Source: Cyanophora paradoxa CCMP329
Taxonomy: Eukaryota > Plantae > Glaucophyta
Direction of reading: 5' to 3'
Assembly: GCA_004431415.1 (NCBI GenBank)
Contig: QPMI01000095.1
Span: 1-64,000, forward strand
Length of the DNA: 64,000 nucleotides
Below, one piece after another: positions 1-11,280 of this stretch. Positions within the stretch are counted from its first letter, which is position 1. Every line of letters starts with the position of its first letter. Both the position numbers and the translations under genes were made by a program. Under the pieces are notes generated by a model. That model was not told the DNA's origin. It searched no databases and worked only from the letters and a program-made list of their open reading frames with translations.

Positions 1-93
1 TTGCATTATCATCTGAATGTTTCTAGATTTGGTGGGTAATTGAAGCTCATGGCTTTTACTATATGGATTTATAAAATTCCTGATAAGTAAAAG

Positions 94-1618
94 ATGCCCT
101 CTCAAGTTTGTTTAAGTCTTTCTGGGGGGGTGCAAGGGGCATTATCATAACCAGGCTGCTAAAAGAAATCGAAAATCGAACTGGCAGGAGAATAATCGAT
201 CTTGTGGATCTTGTGAGTGGAACTTCCACTGGTGGGATCATTGCAATAGGTTGAATATAAGGCATCCTGATAACCAGGTGAACCTAAACTGACAGCAAAC
301 GATTTACACAATATTTACCTAACTCAACTGCCCTTGATTTTCGCAAATCCTCGAAATATAATCGAAAATGCCCTTTTTAATACAAAGTATGATGTGGGAC
401 CCTTGGAGACTGCAATCAATTCAGTTACTGGTGAATCACTAATACAGGATTCCCTAAAGGACATTGTGATACATCCTTTGATACTCAGAATATGAAACCA
501 ATATTTATCACAAATGACAACAATTACAACTTTATGCCTTGTAAGATTGCTGCTAGGGCTACTTCTGCTGCTCCTACATATTTCTCTCCTGTAAGCATTG
601 TTGATTTCAATCGGGGAGTATTGTCTGTCTCATTGATGGTGCCATTTCGGGAAACAATAATCCCAGTGTGTGGTTACAGCCATGCAAAAAGATTTACAGT
701 GATGATGATGATATTATAGTAATAAGTATCTCTTGTGGAGAGGTGGACCCACATTTAGAGTCTGATTATGTGGGTTATGCTTATGAGACTGTCAACAGCT
801 GGGCATTCTCTCATGGATTGCCTCAACAGATGGAAGCCCATTGATTAACATGCTCATGGCTGCAAGTGAGCTTTCTGCCCTTGATAAGATGGAGGAGTTG
901 TTACCCTACAACTATGATCAGGATTATGGGAGATACTATAGGCTATCAGTCCTCTTCCAAATCATATAGTAAGCTCTCTGATGACACTTCTAAATCCCAG
1001 ATATGCTAGCATTCACTGAAACATACATTGCAGCAAACAATGATATGATTAATAAGCTTTGCAGCCTTCTAGTAGCAAACTATGAACTAAAGAACCTACA
1101 AAGCTTACATCTCATCCACTCTCACAGAGTCACCTCCTTTAGATGCTAATTGTATCAGCTTGCAGATGATGCCTTTACTGCCTCATCCTCTGTGACAGGT
1201 AAAGAGCCTTTCATGGCAAGACCTTCAGCATTTGGCTGGAAGCTGGAGCCTATGCTCCTGAACAAATATGGAAACTCCACTGAATACCTTCAAGTGCTTT
1301 TCATATACTTTTGAACTCTCATCTGTGATGCCTATGATCAGGGAAACAAATGCTTTTATTTAAGACTTCAATGTGGCAACATCCACTGATGGGATCAACT
1401 GGTCTTTATTCGATCAGATGGGCAAAAAAATATATGTCTGTGAGAACATTAACAATGCTCACAACTCTGTGATTGGCTCTATTGATGGATTTCCTCTCAG
1501 CATCAAGGATGCTTTTTACATAGTTTCTCTCTCAGAATCAAATATATTCGCATTTATCCCTTTGTATGTGAATGCTCCCACAATGAGAGTTGATTTCACA
1601 GGTGCCTTTATTCGATAA
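94..1618 (+). pseudogene. Patatin-like phospholipase fused to a C-terminal F5/8 type C (discoidin)-like domain, multiply frameshifted
   Basis: ATG at 94 gives MPSQVCLSLSGGGARG...SGTSTGG (oxyanion loop and GxSxG); later frames give ARATSAAPTYF and DG; C-terminal AFTASSS...EYLQV...VATSTDGINWS resembles FA58C; homologous to 61500-62648. Confidence 0.8.
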
Positions 1619-2435
1619 ACTCCAACTGAAACGAATTGTCGATTCCATTCATATCAATCAGTTACCAAAGTAATCTTTAAACTCCACAGTGAGTTCCCTT
1701 ATCACAGTTTCTGTCATTATCTGAATGAATTCGGCATGCTCACCACTATGTAACATAGCCGCCTATATCTTTACTCAATTGCAGTCTAAGGATGCCCCTG
1801 TTATTGGTGCGATTCGGATTATATTGGTCTGCTGGCAAAGGGACAGCTCTTTAATATGCATGTACAGATACTGCTCAGCATTCATATCAGACATCTCCTG
1901 CTGTCAAATAATATTGCAAGGCTTGAGGAGAGTCTGGTCCTGAGAGGTATTCCCCTGCTGGGTGATCAGTGTAATAGGTTGCATCATACTTAAAAGTTCT
2001 CAGTCATAGGAATCCCACAGAGGATCTATAATAACATTGTGTATCAGTAGACTCACACCAAAGCTTCCTATTCTCTGTTTGCAATAAACAACTCATTTAC
2101 TGTAAAATCACTTTATAGTAGTTGGTTATAGAATCTAACCAAAAGCTACTGTTTGCCTGCATGGTTGAAGCTTGATAGTCAGCCCATAATATAAGGTGGT
2201 CCCAAAATGACCCTGTTAATGTAGCCATGGAGGGATACACTTTCTGTGTGATTTCATGTATGACCATCTTGGTAATTAAACTAACTGTTAATATCAGTCC
2301 ACACTTTATAGATACTGTTTGAACTCTGCATAGAGAACCTACATTCCTTGTCTCTCTACTGGAGTTGTGAATGACCCTGTAAGAGTTTCATTTGCCTTGG
2401 CTTCTATCCTGCATCAATATAACAAGTCGATTCAT
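1608..2435 (-). pseudogene. Penton/minor capsid-like protein A, frameshifted
   Basis: Fragments MNRLVI..(D)xRDR at the N-terminus and IRELTVEFKDYFG..IDMNGIDNSFQLEFIE* at the C-terminus resemble 62702-63619; same syntenic position. Confidence 0.6.
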
Positions 2436-2463
2436 TTAATATATAAATATAGATAAAAGAAGA

Positions 2464-3397
2464 ATGCCTGTGATTACATCGAGGTTAGCTCATTAATACA
2501 ATCTCTGTGATGTCCCACATCAAGCTTTTGGCAAGACTCCCAGAGTTATGAGAATGTGAGGCTGTGAGACTGGTATCAGCGAATTTATAACAGCATCCTA
2601 TGGTGAGTGGTGAAACCAAAGTTGGAGATGTAACAATTGACAATTCATTTAGTATTTACTATTCTGAACAATATGCAGGAGCTGGAATTGAGGTATCCCA
2701 CAGTCGCCAGCTGAGGACTTGAACAGTGAAACAAATCATTATAAGTCGCAAAGCCCCATCCAAAGCCACCAACAACTGGTGAATGTTATTAATGAAAAGT
2801 TCGATTTAAAAAATCCTAAACCATCTCTTCGCTGCAAATGGGATGAGTCACTGAAACGAATAGTATTCCATTCCGAAAAAAGTTTACCTGGCTTTCTCAC
2901 TTGCTGTAAATCCAAACCTGCAAACAATTCAAAAGCTATTGAGTTCAGGTAGACTGCTTGGTCTTGATCCTGGAAGATATGGCAATTCCTCAATCCAATC
3001 ACAAGTTTATGATGCTCTCACTGATGGTATCTTTACTGGAACTCGATGAACGGTATTCTATCTTCATTTGAGCCTGAAAAGACAGGGACAGTGTTTGTTG
3101 TGAGAGTAAAGGAGCTGGGTGATCTGGTGCAATGTGGGGATGGTCTTCTGACTGGTTACTTTCACAAATAGTGGTCCCTGATAAAGACTATGGTGAGCAT
3201 GTTGTTTACAATTCAACAGAAGCTCATCCACTTTATAAATACTATAACAAAAGGTTGGATTATCCACTTTCTCGGTTGATATTGTTAATGCTGTAAATGA
3301 ACCAATTGATTTTGAGGGTCAACCTGTTCATCTGACCTTTGAAATTCGCTATGGTGATGAGCCAGCAGGAGACCCAGTTATGAATACTTTAAGATGA
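2464..3397 (+). pseudogene. Penton/minor capsid-like protein B, frameshifted
   Basis: Fragments MP.DYI, ARLPR..ENV.AVRLVS.EF match the 63647 ORF (VRLPKVYQDVKAVRLVSAEI); C-terminus DFEGQPVHLTFEI; lies directly upstream of MCP. Confidence 0.6.
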
Positions 3398-3499
3398 GAA
3401 TGTCGCAGCTTCACCCTTCCTATCCAGTTATTACAAGCTTCGCATAAATTAAGGATCATTGGTAGATTTTTATGTTGCAGTATAATAAAAGAGAATATA

Positions 3500-4861
3500 A
3501 TGGATATCACTTCCACTCTTCAAAGACTTTCGCTGAAAGAAGCCCTAACAACCCCAGAGGAGGCGAAAGCCTTTTTCCTGGATAACTCCCTTATGCTTGG
3601 TCTCGAATCCAAGTCTAAGCCAGTTCTAGTTGTTGTGAATCCCAGCAATACTTTTGAGAATAATGTAGGAAATCGCATTTCCTTCAAGCTACCTCGCTAC
3701 AATTTCTGTGGAAAACTCGAACTTGCTTTCGACCTTCCAGCCATCACTTTTGCTGGTGAAGATCTAGTTCGCAATGGATACACTCGCCCAGTTGGTGCTT
3801 TAGTTCAGCGACTTGAAATTACCTATGGATCTTACACCTACCACATCCCTTCTGATTTCCTTGCTCATTTCCCCCTGGTCTATTATTCGGAGGATCAACT
3901 AGCTAAAAAGAAACGCTCAATGGGCATGGTTCATGGTATCCCTGCTCATGGAACCAACCGACTTGGTGGCTCATTTTTCGTTGAGATCCCAGTGCCTTGG
4001 CTAAATCACTATCTTCCCTTGGTGCTTTATCTGGTGAAATGGTTGTTACTGTTTGGTTTAAGGATGCTGGAAAGGGTTATGTTGAAACTTCCTATGGTGG
4101 TCGCTCTCTCCCTGTTGTTGTGGACAGCTGCTGATAAGACAGAAGATGATGGTCTTGGTGATACTGCTAATGCTACACTTGCCATGTTGTCAAACATCAC
4201 CACTTTCAGTCTTGGTGCAACAACCCCTGCTATTTCAATTACTTCTCCTCGCCTTTACATGCATGCTATTAATGTTTCTGATGAGCTTTTCGCTACTGTA
4301 ATTGAAAAAGTAAAGACAACTGGCATGGCTATTCCCTCCCTTGATATTGGATTTGTAGATGCCATTGCTTTTGCTGCCAAGGGCAATGCCCAGCCCAATC
4401 GAATTAATCTTTCTCAAATCTCAGGTCTTGTCTATGCTCTGCTTGTTTCAGTTCGTGATTATGAGACTGTTGACAAATCCAATGGCTCCCACAGTGTTCT
4501 TAAGACCTATGCCAACTCCAAAGAGATAACATTCACAACTGAAATAAATGGACAGCGACTTTTTGCCACTGAGCCAATTTCTCTACTCAAAGGAGCTGAG
4601 CTAATTGCTGATGCCTTCAAATGCTCTAACATGGATAAGGTTGCAGATAAATATGTCCTTTCAGGACTCCCATTCTGCCTTGATGGAGAAAAGGCAATTC
4701 GAAATATTGCTCAAAGTGGATTTGTAGACCTGACTAATTCCTCATCTTCATTCCTCACACTCTACATGCCCACAGATAAGACAATCAATGTTCAAGTTCG
4801 CGCTCTCATGCATTCGTTCATAATTGTAGACAAAGATGGATTACGTCGTATAAATTTGTAG
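3500..4861 (+). CDS. Major capsid protein (PLV-type double jelly-roll), with a compensated double frameshift at ~4020-4120
   Basis: Homologous to PLV-2 MCP (NLSQISGLVYALLVSVRD vs TLANVSGLVHSILMTVRE; GFVDLTNSSSSFL vs GYQDFFNSSSSYM); flanked by penton and ATPase; size ~450 aa. Confidence 0.8.
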   Translation: MDITSTLQRLSLKEALTTPEEAKAFFLDNSLMLGLESKSKPVLVVVNPSNTFENNVGNRISFKLPRYNFCGKLELAFDLPAITFAGEDLVRNGYTRPVGALVQRLEITYGSYTYHIPSDFLAHFPLVYYSEDQLAKKKRSMGMVHGIPAHGTNRLGGSFFVEIPVPWLNHYLPLVLYLVKWLLLFGLRMLERVMLKLPMVVALSLLLWTAADKTEDDGLGDTANATLAMLSNITTFSLGATTPAISITSPRLYMHAINVSDELFATVIEKVKTTGMAIPSLDIGFVDAIAFAAKGNAQPNRINLSQISGLVYALLVSVRDYETVDKSNGSHSVLKTYANSKEITFTTEINGQRLFATEPISLLKGAELIADAFKCSNMDKVADKYVLSGLPFCLDGEKAIRNIAQSGFVDLTNSSSSFLTLYMPTDKTINVQVRALMHSFIIVDKDGLRRINL

Positions 4862-4926
4862 ATTGTTACGATTTTCAGTCTCCCTGCATTATTTTTATCT
4901 GTCTTTATGTAGAAAGATATACAACA

Positions 4927-5706
4927 ATGAATGATCTGGAAGAATTTAATGCTGGTGAAATGATAGAACCACCATTTCGTGTATTGGCAATCGGGAAATC
5001 AGCCACTGGTAAATCAGAAGCTGTAAAGTATTGGTTAAAGCAGTTACATGATGCCAAAAAGATTGATGTTGTTTTAGTTGTGAGTGGAACCAGCTTCATC
5101 ATTTCTGGGATAAGTGGCAACACTGCAACTGGGAAAATGGGATGCCCCTTACATTGCTAAATTGCTAGATGAGAGGCAAGAGAAAATAGAAAAGGGTGAG
5201 CCTGTTAACCAGTTATGTGTAGTTTTAGATGATTTAATCGATAATGAGATAGTCGATCTCACAAGGGATAAAATAATCGGATCTCTGTATTCCAGAGGTC
5301 GCCATTCGAAAATATCCATTATCTGCATCACACAAAAGCTAAGGAAAGTCTCGTCGACTATTCGAGTTATTCTGACTATGCTATGTTTCTCAGTGCTGCT
5401 AATCGCAAAGAACTTGAAGCCATAGAGGAAGAATACAATATAATGCGAAATAAAGAGGATTTCTACAAGATGTTTGAAGAGTATGTTCACTCCTATCAAT
5501 ATATCATTTGGTCCTCTGCAAACTACTCAGTTAAATACTATGTAGATAAAGCTGAGCTTGTGAAAGATTTCCCATTTCCTCGCTTCCACAGGAAGCCAAA
5601 AAAGAAAGAGGATGAACTGAAACCACCAGAAAAAGAGGAAGCCCCCAAAGAAGTGAAAAGCCAAGTCCATAGCAATAAATTGATGCGATATAAACGCGGT
5701 TTATAA
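4927..5706 (+). pseudogene. A32-like (FtsK/HerA) genome-packaging ATPase, split over three frames
   Basis: Walker A GKSATGKS, Walker B VVLDD, SRGRHSKISIICITQ motif; homologous to 43272-44030. Confidence 0.9.
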
Positions 5707-5734
5707 AATTATCTCTCATTCTAATAAAGATACA

Positions 5735-6421
5735 ATGCCTCCCAAACGAAAGATAGGGATTCCAGCTGGGGCTGTTGGCTATTCAGGTGGTGGAAACAAT
5801 GGATCCATTAACACTGAACCACTAAAATTCAATGGTATGAATGAGGTGAAGCCCTCACAACAAGAAGAGGACCCTCTTAATGCTGCCTATGAGGAATCAG
5901 TCGATGACAAAGCCCCACAGGCTTCAACCAGTGACCAACTCAACATTTCACCAGAAGCCTCAAAAATGAAAGCTGTTGCTGAGGGTGCCAGGCGAATTAT
6001 TGGTGCTGCTGATGATAAAGGTTTAGGCTTGCAAGATCTGTCATTGGCTCGCAAAGGTGAAGGTCTTAGTAAGGAATCAGACAAGGTTATTCAGTCTATG
6101 GCTGGTGAAGTCACATATAAGACTGCTCCCACTCAAAATATTCATCGAATTCCCAAGGCTCAATGGGATGAGATGACTGCTAAACTCAAAGATCTGGAAG
6201 CCAAATCAAGTGCCTTGGAGCAGTATGTTACTGAGAAGAAAGAGAGATCCAAGCTAAAGGAGATGCTTCGAAAGGAAGTTTATAAAATGGGCATTACTGG
6301 TGTCCCAGATAAACAGTTTATTGCTAAGAAAGAGAACCAAATTGATGAGCAGGCAGTAGATGAAATGAAAACAAAGACCAGAAGGGAACCATTGAACCTG
6401 GTGCCACCAAAGCTGAAGTAG
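5735..6421 (+). CDS. Hypothetical viral protein (basic N-terminus, coiled coil; possible core protein)
   Basis: 228-aa ORF after the ATPase, starts MPPKRK; no recognised domain. Confidence 0.6.
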   Translation: MPPKRKIGIPAGAVGYSGGGNNGSINTEPLKFNGMNEVKPSQQEEDPLNAAYEESVDDKAPQASTSDQLNISPEASKMKAVAEGARRIIGAADDKGLGLQDLSLARKGEGLSKESDKVIQSMAGEVTYKTAPTQNIHRIPKAQWDEMTAKLKDLEAKSSALEQYVTEKKERSKLKEMLRKEVYKMGITGVPDKQFIAKKENQIDEQAVDEMKTKTRREPLNLVPPKLK

Positions 6422-6489
6422 AAAAGGGAGTAGCCCAACAGTATATAAAAGACGAGTTTGGCTTTAATTTTCTCTGTTTTATTAGAGAC

Positions 6490-6762
6490 ATGGATATAAT
6501 ACGAAAGTTTATTGAGATGCTCAGTCTGCATGTGGTGAGCAATTGCCACAGTGGATGCTGTGACACAACAATAGAGTTTGAGATGTCAGATACTGAGGAT
6601 AATGTATCTGAGGCAAGAGAGAGAAGGAGATCAACAGTTTCAGTGGAGTCAATGCCAGCAGACCCCACAGAGTATACATATGAGCAACAGGAGTATCCAA
6701 GGAGAAGTTCTCTGCCAGCAGAAAACGTTTTCTCTGGGAATATAAATGGAGGACAATATTAG
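6490..6762 (+). CDS. Hypothetical viral protein
   Basis: 90-aa ORF in a gene-dense viral block. Confidence 0.4.
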   Translation: MDIIRKFIEMLSLHVVSNCHSGCCDTTIEFEMSDTEDNVSEARERRRSTVSVESMPADPTEYTYEQQEYPRRSSLPAENVFSGNINGGQY

Positions 6763-7144
6763 TTTAATCGAGTTTACCAGTGATGAACCTGTTACTGAGG
6801 GTTCTATTAGACACATTCTAGCAATGCAGAAACGATATAGAGAGGACCCAGCATATAGAGAGTATAAAAAGCAGCAAGCCCTGGCATCCTATTATCGCAG
6901 AAAAGCCCAAAAAGAGGAGCAGAGACCAAGAGGGAGACCGATTAAATATTATTTGCCTACTGAAAGTAGCAATGGACCCCAGGTCTATAAGATAATTGAG
7001 AAAAAGCGGTCTCAGTATGCCACTGAGGCAGCTATAAAAATATATACAAAGGAATTGGCTTATACTTGCAATCAAGTCACAGATAAGTTTTGTAAATATG
7101 CTTTTGTTGTTTTTTGTTTGCATTCTCAGACACTGAAACAGTAA
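6746..7144 (+). CDS. Small basic putative DNA-binding protein with AT-hook-like motif
   Basis: Basic helix followed by RPRGRP; the C-terminal part may be out of frame. Confidence 0.5.
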   Translation: MEDNISLIEFTSDEPVTEGSIRHILAMQKRYREDPAYREYKKQQALASYYRRKAQKEEQRPRGRPIKYYLPTESSNGPQVYKIIEKKRSQYATEAAIKIYTKELAYTCNQVTDKFCKYAFVVFCLHSQTLKQ

Positions 7145-7363
7145 TGTGAATGTTTACTGATCTATTTCTCTTTGTTTAGCTGCATACATATTGTAACCTA
7201 TCAATCTCTGTGACATTTCGATATATGCCCTATATCTCCATGCTTTATGCATTTATCTAACTCAGTCATGGTCATCTCATCAAGAGTCTTTGCCATTTTG
7301 TCTTCACTATACACAATCAAGTAAGCCTTAAGTATTCTTGTCAAATTTTGGTCATTTTCGATA

Positions 7364-7482
7364 GGTGTGACAGGTGTGACAGGTGTGACAGGTCTATCCA
7401 TCGATTTTGAAAATCAACTTTTCACCAGGGCTTTCCTTGGGATGGACCTGTCACACCTGTCACACAAACCATTTTCAGTAAG
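7364..7482. repeat. Iteron-like palindromic module (GTGTGACAG repeats), inverted copy of the modules at 16904-17013 and 17101-17210
   Basis: GGTGTGACA x3 ... CCTGTCACACCTGTCACAC followed by AAACCATTTTCAGTAAG, the reverse complement of 17101-17117. Confidence 0.85.
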
Positions 7483-7524
7483 GCTATAAAAATATATGTA
7501 AATCTCAATCATTAATCGTTTTCT

Positions 7525-9833
7525 TTAATATTCGGCATCATCTTCATTGTCTTCCTGAACCCTTGTTATCTTTCGAATCCCAATATATCCTCTGGCAAGA
7601 ATACCATTAACTCGTTTTCTTTCTGATTTAACATTGAAGATCTCCCTTACTCTTTCATAACAGATACACATTCAACTTTATCATCAACACTTTTGTATGA
7701 TTTGTAAATGATATCACTGGAAACAAAGTCGTTAGCATTATGTGTAACCTCGAAATTATCTCGAAGCCATTCACCAATCTTATCATTTTCAGCTATAAAG
7801 TTAATTCCCTGTTCAATAATCGATTGAGGGGACTTCTTAAGATCTCTTCAACCTCTTTGTTCTTCCACATATCCAGTAATATCTTCATGTGAGCCATCTT
7901 ATACTCATCATCATTGTGTAGAAGTGTGAACAGAGTTGGGTCAGCTTTCTTTTGACCAGCTTCTGGCTTCTCTCTGAATATATTATTGAATCTCTGATAG
8001 GAAAGTCTTCTTTGAATTGCAAAGTCTGGTTTATTTATAGTCAAATTGTCATTAGTTGTAATGTAGACCTGAAACATTGGGTAAGGATAACTGGGTCTTT
8101 GAACAAGGCTCTCACAGTCATTTCATTTCCACCTGTGACCTCCTTAATCTTGGAGATCTGCAGTTTATCACCATCTTCAGCCTCATTACTGAATACAAGT
8201 CGCTTTCCAAGGAGTTTGGCAAGTTCAGGAGTAGCCTCTGATGAGTTCTTTTTAGGCTTAGTCCAATAGGATATTTCGAGAGGGCTGTAATAGCGACCAG
8301 ATATCTGTTTGCAGTATTCCTGAACAAGTGATTTACCATTAGCACCAGCACCAGTCCACATATAGAACTTCTGGGATTTAGTTGATCCACTAAGGGCAAT
8401 TGCAATGGATGCCAGAAGATACTTTCGCTCTGCTGGATCATCCACAATCTCTTTATAAATCTGATTGAGATGCTCTATTTTCTTGGGTCTACATTTTCAG
8501 TATAGTCATAACCACAGTCTTGCTCACCATATCTTCCAGTTTACCCTTTCTGAAAGTCATAGTGGTCAGATCAAATACACCATTTTCGAATCCAATCACA
8601 TATGGAACTGTGTCAATCTTCTCAAAGAATTCATCATCATTCAGCAGTGGGACCAAGTCAGTCAGAAGGATTTGCGAAATCCTGATTGTTTAAGATTTTT
8701 GGCAATGGTCATCAATGTTTGGATCTTTCTTCGAAAGCTGCTTTGTTTTCCTCATCCTTTAAAGCTCTTTGACTATATGCACAGCCCTTCCAAGTATTGG
8801 GGACAACAAGACGGCTTATATCTAGGTAAATCTTTAGGTTTGTGTCATCATGCTCCCAAATCCCAGTATCAGTATTGAGTTTGAACCATGACTTTTTGGA
8901 GTATCTCCATGTATGTTTAAGAACCTCTTGCATACTAAACTCACATCATAATGAGCGCCACCAGAACCAGCGGATTTATCTATAAGATTGAAGATATCAG
9001 ATTGCATTCCAATGCAGATGAATCGTTTTTTGCAATTTCCACTGTAGCTTGACACAATGTATTTGTTATCATCTCCTTTAGCTTTCATAACATACCAGTT
9101 ATTCGATTCATGTGAACCATTGCAGCATGGGCAATTGAGTCCCTTGTTAGCAGCATCAAAGTTAAAGCCAAGTTCAGTTTTAGAGATTATATTGGATGCA
9201 TAAATCCATATCCACCAGCTCTTTGATAATATTATTTTCCAGTTCATCATATGAGGTAGCATTAGCAGTATACTCACTCTTATAGATGTAGTTATCTATT
9301 ATCCACTTTTTGAAGTCATCAGTAGGCTCATTGAAATCACAGGTATCATCCCATGGGAGATTACCCAAGACTTGTTGACACTGGGACACACATTGATCAA
9401 TCCAGAAGTTCCAGTTCCAGTGATTGTTTCAGGTCAACCTTTTCAAGCCTTTAAAGCCTGGAGCCTTATCGGTGATTTTGAGTTTAGTGAACTCCTCAGG
9501 TCGTTTAAAGTAGACATGATAGCCTTTTTAGTTTTTGCCATGGGCTGATTGGCATCAAAGTCATCAGGAAACATATCCCGGAATTTCTCAAAGTTCTCCT
9601 CATCATCAAAGTCAATAACCATCATGTTGTCTGAGAGCAGAATGCCCAAGATACATACTGATTAGTTGCCAGCGCTTCCTCATACTTTTCCCAGGACCAA
9701 GCACCTCCCTTATGCTTGAAAACAGGGTCTTTGCTGTCAGGTTTCACTGGGATAATCATGTTTTGGCTAGATCCTCATCAGATCTGAGCCAGTTAGCGAG
9801 CGATTTGAGCGATTTAGTCTGTTTGGCGTTCAT
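7525..9833 (-). pseudogene. Primpol (bifunctional primase-polymerase) + D5-like SF3 helicase, multiply frameshifted
   Basis: N-terminal IIPVKPDSKDP, GILLSDNMMVIDFDD, AKTKK primpol motifs; SF3 Walker A GAGANGKS, PELAKLLGKRLVFSNE, IKEVTGG, TTND, AIQRRL. Confidence 0.85.
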
Positions 9834-9850
9834 TTTCAGCGATTGGGGGT

Positions 9851-9890
9851 CCCTTTTATATATATAGAAGATTTTTCTTTAAGTAGTTTT
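9851..9890 (-). promoter_or_regulatory. Shared PLV upstream motif ACTTAAAGA-N(8-12)-TATATA
   Basis: Near-identical copy at 11175-11214 (-); similar copies at 10318-10350 (-), 47371-47405 (+) and 47871-47905 (+), each just upstream of an ATG. Confidence 0.7.
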
Positions 9891-10046
9891 GGGTCCCCCA
9901 ATCATTTTTTGTTGGAAATCGAGAAAGTATCCCTACGAAATATTTCCACACGACTTATCGAGTGGTTTAGATACAAAAAGGATGAATGGGTATTTCAGCG
10001 AATAAACAGCATATCCCCAGCCTAGTAATATGCTGGGAAAAATAAT

Positions 10047-10301
10047 TTAGACATGTTTCAATTTTCTCCCTCTATTTGAGTAAGGGACATCATACAAATA
10101 CTTGACAAAGCAGACTGCATTGGCTGCATACTTTCGCTGACATGAACTTGCTATTTTCATTGCTCTATAGGTATCATCGGTTTGATATAGATCTCTAAGC
10201 TGTGTGGCTATTTTTTCGTTAAACTTTTTGATTTGAGCCTTACCTTTTTCAGTTTGCTGGTATCTCTTCATAGCTCTCTTCTGGGCTTCACTGAGTGGCA
10301 T
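10047..10301 (-). CDS. Small basic protein, homologue of 47424-47681
   Basis: About two-thirds identical by hand alignment (SEAQKRA, NAVCFVKYLY, VPYSNRGRK). Confidence 0.8.
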   Translation of the reverse strand: MPLSEAQKRAMKRYQQTEKGKAQIKKFNEKIATQLRDLYQTDDTYRAMKIASSCQRKYAANAVCFVKYLYDVPYSNRGRKLKHV

Positions 10302-10357
10302 TTTTCCTCTGTCTCTCTTAATATATATAGAGAATTCTTTAAATCATTTTTTGTTCT

Positions 10358-11172
10358 CTAACCTCTTTGTCCAAATCGCTCAATATACATAAGTTTGAAA
10401 TGCTTACCTAGCAATGCTACAAATGGTTCGATTTCCAAGGTCTCCCATGTTTTCTTGTCCTTATTCCATCTGCAATCTAATCCTTTTGCGATATCTTTTT
10501 TAAGATAAGGCACCTGAAACCCAGCAACCAATGTATTTGTTGTACTGAGTTCTGCATACATTTCAATCAATGCAGATCGGCCCTCTCTGAACCTCTCTAT
10601 ATCATCTCTGCGAAGATTATCCATTTTCGGAATAAATTGGTTGCACCAAATCAGGAAAAGATTAACTGCATGTTTATTCCTTGCTCTTTCTTGTTCTAAT
10701 TCTCTCTCTCTTCGCTCTCTTTCTTCTAATTCAAGCTGCCTCTTTCGAGCTTCCTCTTGTTTTTCAAGTTCTCTTTTTCTTTCCAGTTCTTCTTGCTTTA
10801 AAGCGATTCTGCACTTATTACAGAAATTATCCTTTCGGTTTTTATGCCGATCTCCACATCTTTCACATATATCTTGACCTCTGGCACCCTTCGGAATAAA
10901 TCGTAAAATGCAGCAATTCCCAACAATGACCACAATCTTTTATTAACATGCAGAATATAGCATTGCTCTTTAATTGGATGATCACAGGCGCAATGCTCAG
11001 ACTCTGGAGGCAGGTCATAGTCACTTAATCCATATTTTGCAAGCTTTGCCCAAAGAGGGAGCGGTTTCCTGTTACTTCCAAGAGCAACATAATCATTGAA
11101 GTTATCAGATCCACAAAGCAACATTAAAGCCGCTTTGAGCTTTTCCAGGCAATACGATTTCTTCTCTGCCAT
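10358..11172 (-). pseudogene. Zn-finger/coiled-coil protein with C-terminal DUF5710-like domain, one frameshift
   Basis: CACDHPIKEQCYI...VGNCCI, CERC..CNKC, then FQVPYLKKDIAKGLDCRWNKDKKTW (DUF5710-like). Confidence 0.6.
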
Positions 11173-11280
11173 TGTCCTTTTATATATATAGAAGATATTT
11201 CTTTAAGTAGTTTTCATCAAATTTTGTGTTCAGAATTCCCCATTTAAAACCTCCCTTTTAGTAGGAACAAGTTAGGAACT

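Noticed and set aside
4020-4125. Hydrophobic transmembrane-like stretch in the PLV-1 MCP (LVLYLVKWLLLFGL...)
   Set aside because: The alternative frame reads PLGALSGEMVVTVWFKDAG, matching the PLV-2 MCP (PLCTLADMPTIEVDFRDAG); it is a compensated double frameshift
7201-7401. 66-aa ORF with PVTPVTPVTP
   Set aside because: The repeat derives from the 9-bp DNA iterons; coding status is unsupported
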